Below, one piece after another: positions 62,701 to 64,000 of a stretch of 64,000 bases of DNA. Location: positions 736,001 to 800,000 of the forward strand of contig OZ250172.1 in the NCBI GenBank assembly GCA_965237905.1. The letters are read 5' to 3'. A program made the translations under genes and the position numbers. Under the pieces are notes generated by a model. The model saw nothing but the letters and a program-made list of their open reading frames with translations. It did no database searches and had not been told where the DNA came from. Position 1 is the stretch's first letter. Every line of letters begins with the position of its first letter. The DNA comes from Nitrospinaceae bacterium (GTDB taxonomy: Bacteria; Nitrospinota; Nitrospinia; Nitrospinales; Nitrospinaceae).

Positions 62701-63057
62701 GTGGCCTTCAGAATAACTATATGGGACTATTAATTAGTATAAGGGAAGTTATCCGCAATTATAGGGCCAGCCCAAAAAAGACCATCGAAGCGATCCCCAT
62801 TAAACCTTCGCCGCTCAGGACGAAGGAGTTGTTTGCAACCCGGGCTCTAATTAAGAGTGCAAAACTCAAGGGTTCTGCCCTATCTTTACCCTGAATGCCG
62901 AATCTGGATGGAACCCAGCCTTTTTCCACTATTTTGGTGCATCCGTCCGAAAAAAAAGGGTATAATTTCCTCAACTTTTCCGATAGGTTATCAAACACAC
63001 GATCGACCCCAGCGGGGTTCTTTCCGAGACAAATAAGAGCAAACGAGAGATAAGGCT

Positions 63058-64000
63058 ATGAGCGAGGCAACTCAAAAGGAACGACCCCTACTGATCGACG
63101 GAATGGGGCGGAAGATCGTCAATCTCCGCATTTCCGTTACCGATCGCTGTAATTTCCGCTGTACCTATTGCATGCCAGCCGACAACGTCGAGTTCATGGA
63201 CCGGGGCGAATTGCTGTCGTTTGAGGAAATAACGCAGGTTGCCCGCGTCGTCTCTAAAATGGGCATCTACCGCCTGCGCCTGACCGGCGGCGAACCACTA
63301 CTGAGAAAGGGCCTGCCCACTCTCGTCAAGATGCTGGACGAGCTGGAGGATATCGAGGATATTGCGCTGACCACCAACGCCTTTTTTCTGAAAGATCAGG
63401 CCGCGATTCTCAAGGAAGCGGGCTTGAAGCGCCTCAATATCAGTCTCGATGCTTTGGATAAGGACAAATTCACGCACGTCAACCGGCGCGATTGCCTGCA
63501 ACAGGTACTGGATGGCATTGCTGAATCCCGCAAAGTCGGGTTTGACTCTATTAAGATCAACGCCGTCGCCGTGAAAAATTTCTCGGAAGACGAAATCCTA
63601 AAACTGGTGGAAATGGGCCGGGAGCAGGATCTCGAAATCCGCTTCATCGAGTTTATGCCGCTGGACGCCGACAGGGTCTGGGAGCGTGACAAGGTTCTAT
63701 TCGGCCACGAAATTCTGGACATCATCAATCAGAAATACGAGCTGGTGCCCATCAAGGATTCGTTAGAGATCGGCCCCGCCAGTGAATATTCTTTTGCCGA
63801 CAGCAAGGGGAAAATCGGTATCATTACCGCCGTCAGCAATCCGTTTTGCGACTACTGCAATCGCATCCGCATGACCGCAGACGGCAAACTGCGCACCTGT
63901 CTGTTCTCCACCAACGAGCACAATCTTAAAGAACTGATCCGCTCCGGCGCTACCGACTCGGATATCGAGCAGAGAATCCGGGCCGCTCTGGTCACCAAGG
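63058..64000 (+). CDS. moaA: GTP 3',8-cyclase MoaA (truncated by the window end)
   Basis: Translated by hand: LRISVTDRCNFRCTYCMP, RLTGGEPL, LTTN, NISLD, RFIEFMP, PFCDYCNRIRMTADGKLRTCLF. Confidence 0.97.
   Translation, partial: MSEATQKERPLLIDGMGRKIVNLRISVTDRCNFRCTYCMPADNVEFMDRGELLSFEEITQVARVVSKMGIYRLRLTGGEPLLRKGLPTLVKMLDELEDIEDIALTTNAFFLKDQAAILKEAGLKRLNISLDALDKDKFTHVNRRDCLQQVLDGIAESRKVGFDSIKINAVAVKNFSEDEILKLVEMGREQDLEIRFIEFMPLDADRVWERDKVLFGHEILDIINQKYELVPIKDSLEIGPASEYSFADSKGKIGIITAVSNPFCDYCNRIRMTADGKLRTCLFSTNEHNLKELIRSGATDSDIEQRIRAALVTK

Overview
A gene-dense bacterial chromosome segment from a diderm (kdsA, AsmA, TpsB). The gene set suggests Nitrospinota or a Deltaproteobacteria-like lineage, but this is inference only. 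Housekeeping genes: ispH, squalene synthase, UDG, cstA, purA, proB, kdsA, rlmD, asnS, yggT-divIVA-DUF167, mtnA, a sufBCDSU operon led by an atypical NifU, an AmmeMemoRadiSam enzyme, and moaA (cut by the window end). The best candidate for a new system is a five-gene minus-strand cluster at 43.4-50.5 kb: TpsB, a secreted FecR-domain protein, a short TpsA, a CHASE2 adenylate cyclase and a stand-alone 4xMshEN-like protein. TpsA and the FecR protein each carry a single cysteine, at the extreme C-terminus. Also notable: nested, modular REP-like elements, one of which supplies a stop codon and a probable start codon to flanking genes; a small insertion that appears to have replaced the 3' end of an ankyrin gene; an AT-richer island with DUF1611 and an ornithine-racemase-like gene; and two structured intergenic RNA candidates. 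No rRNA, tRNA, CRISPR array or transposase was seen. All calls come from motif recognition by eye, without database searches.
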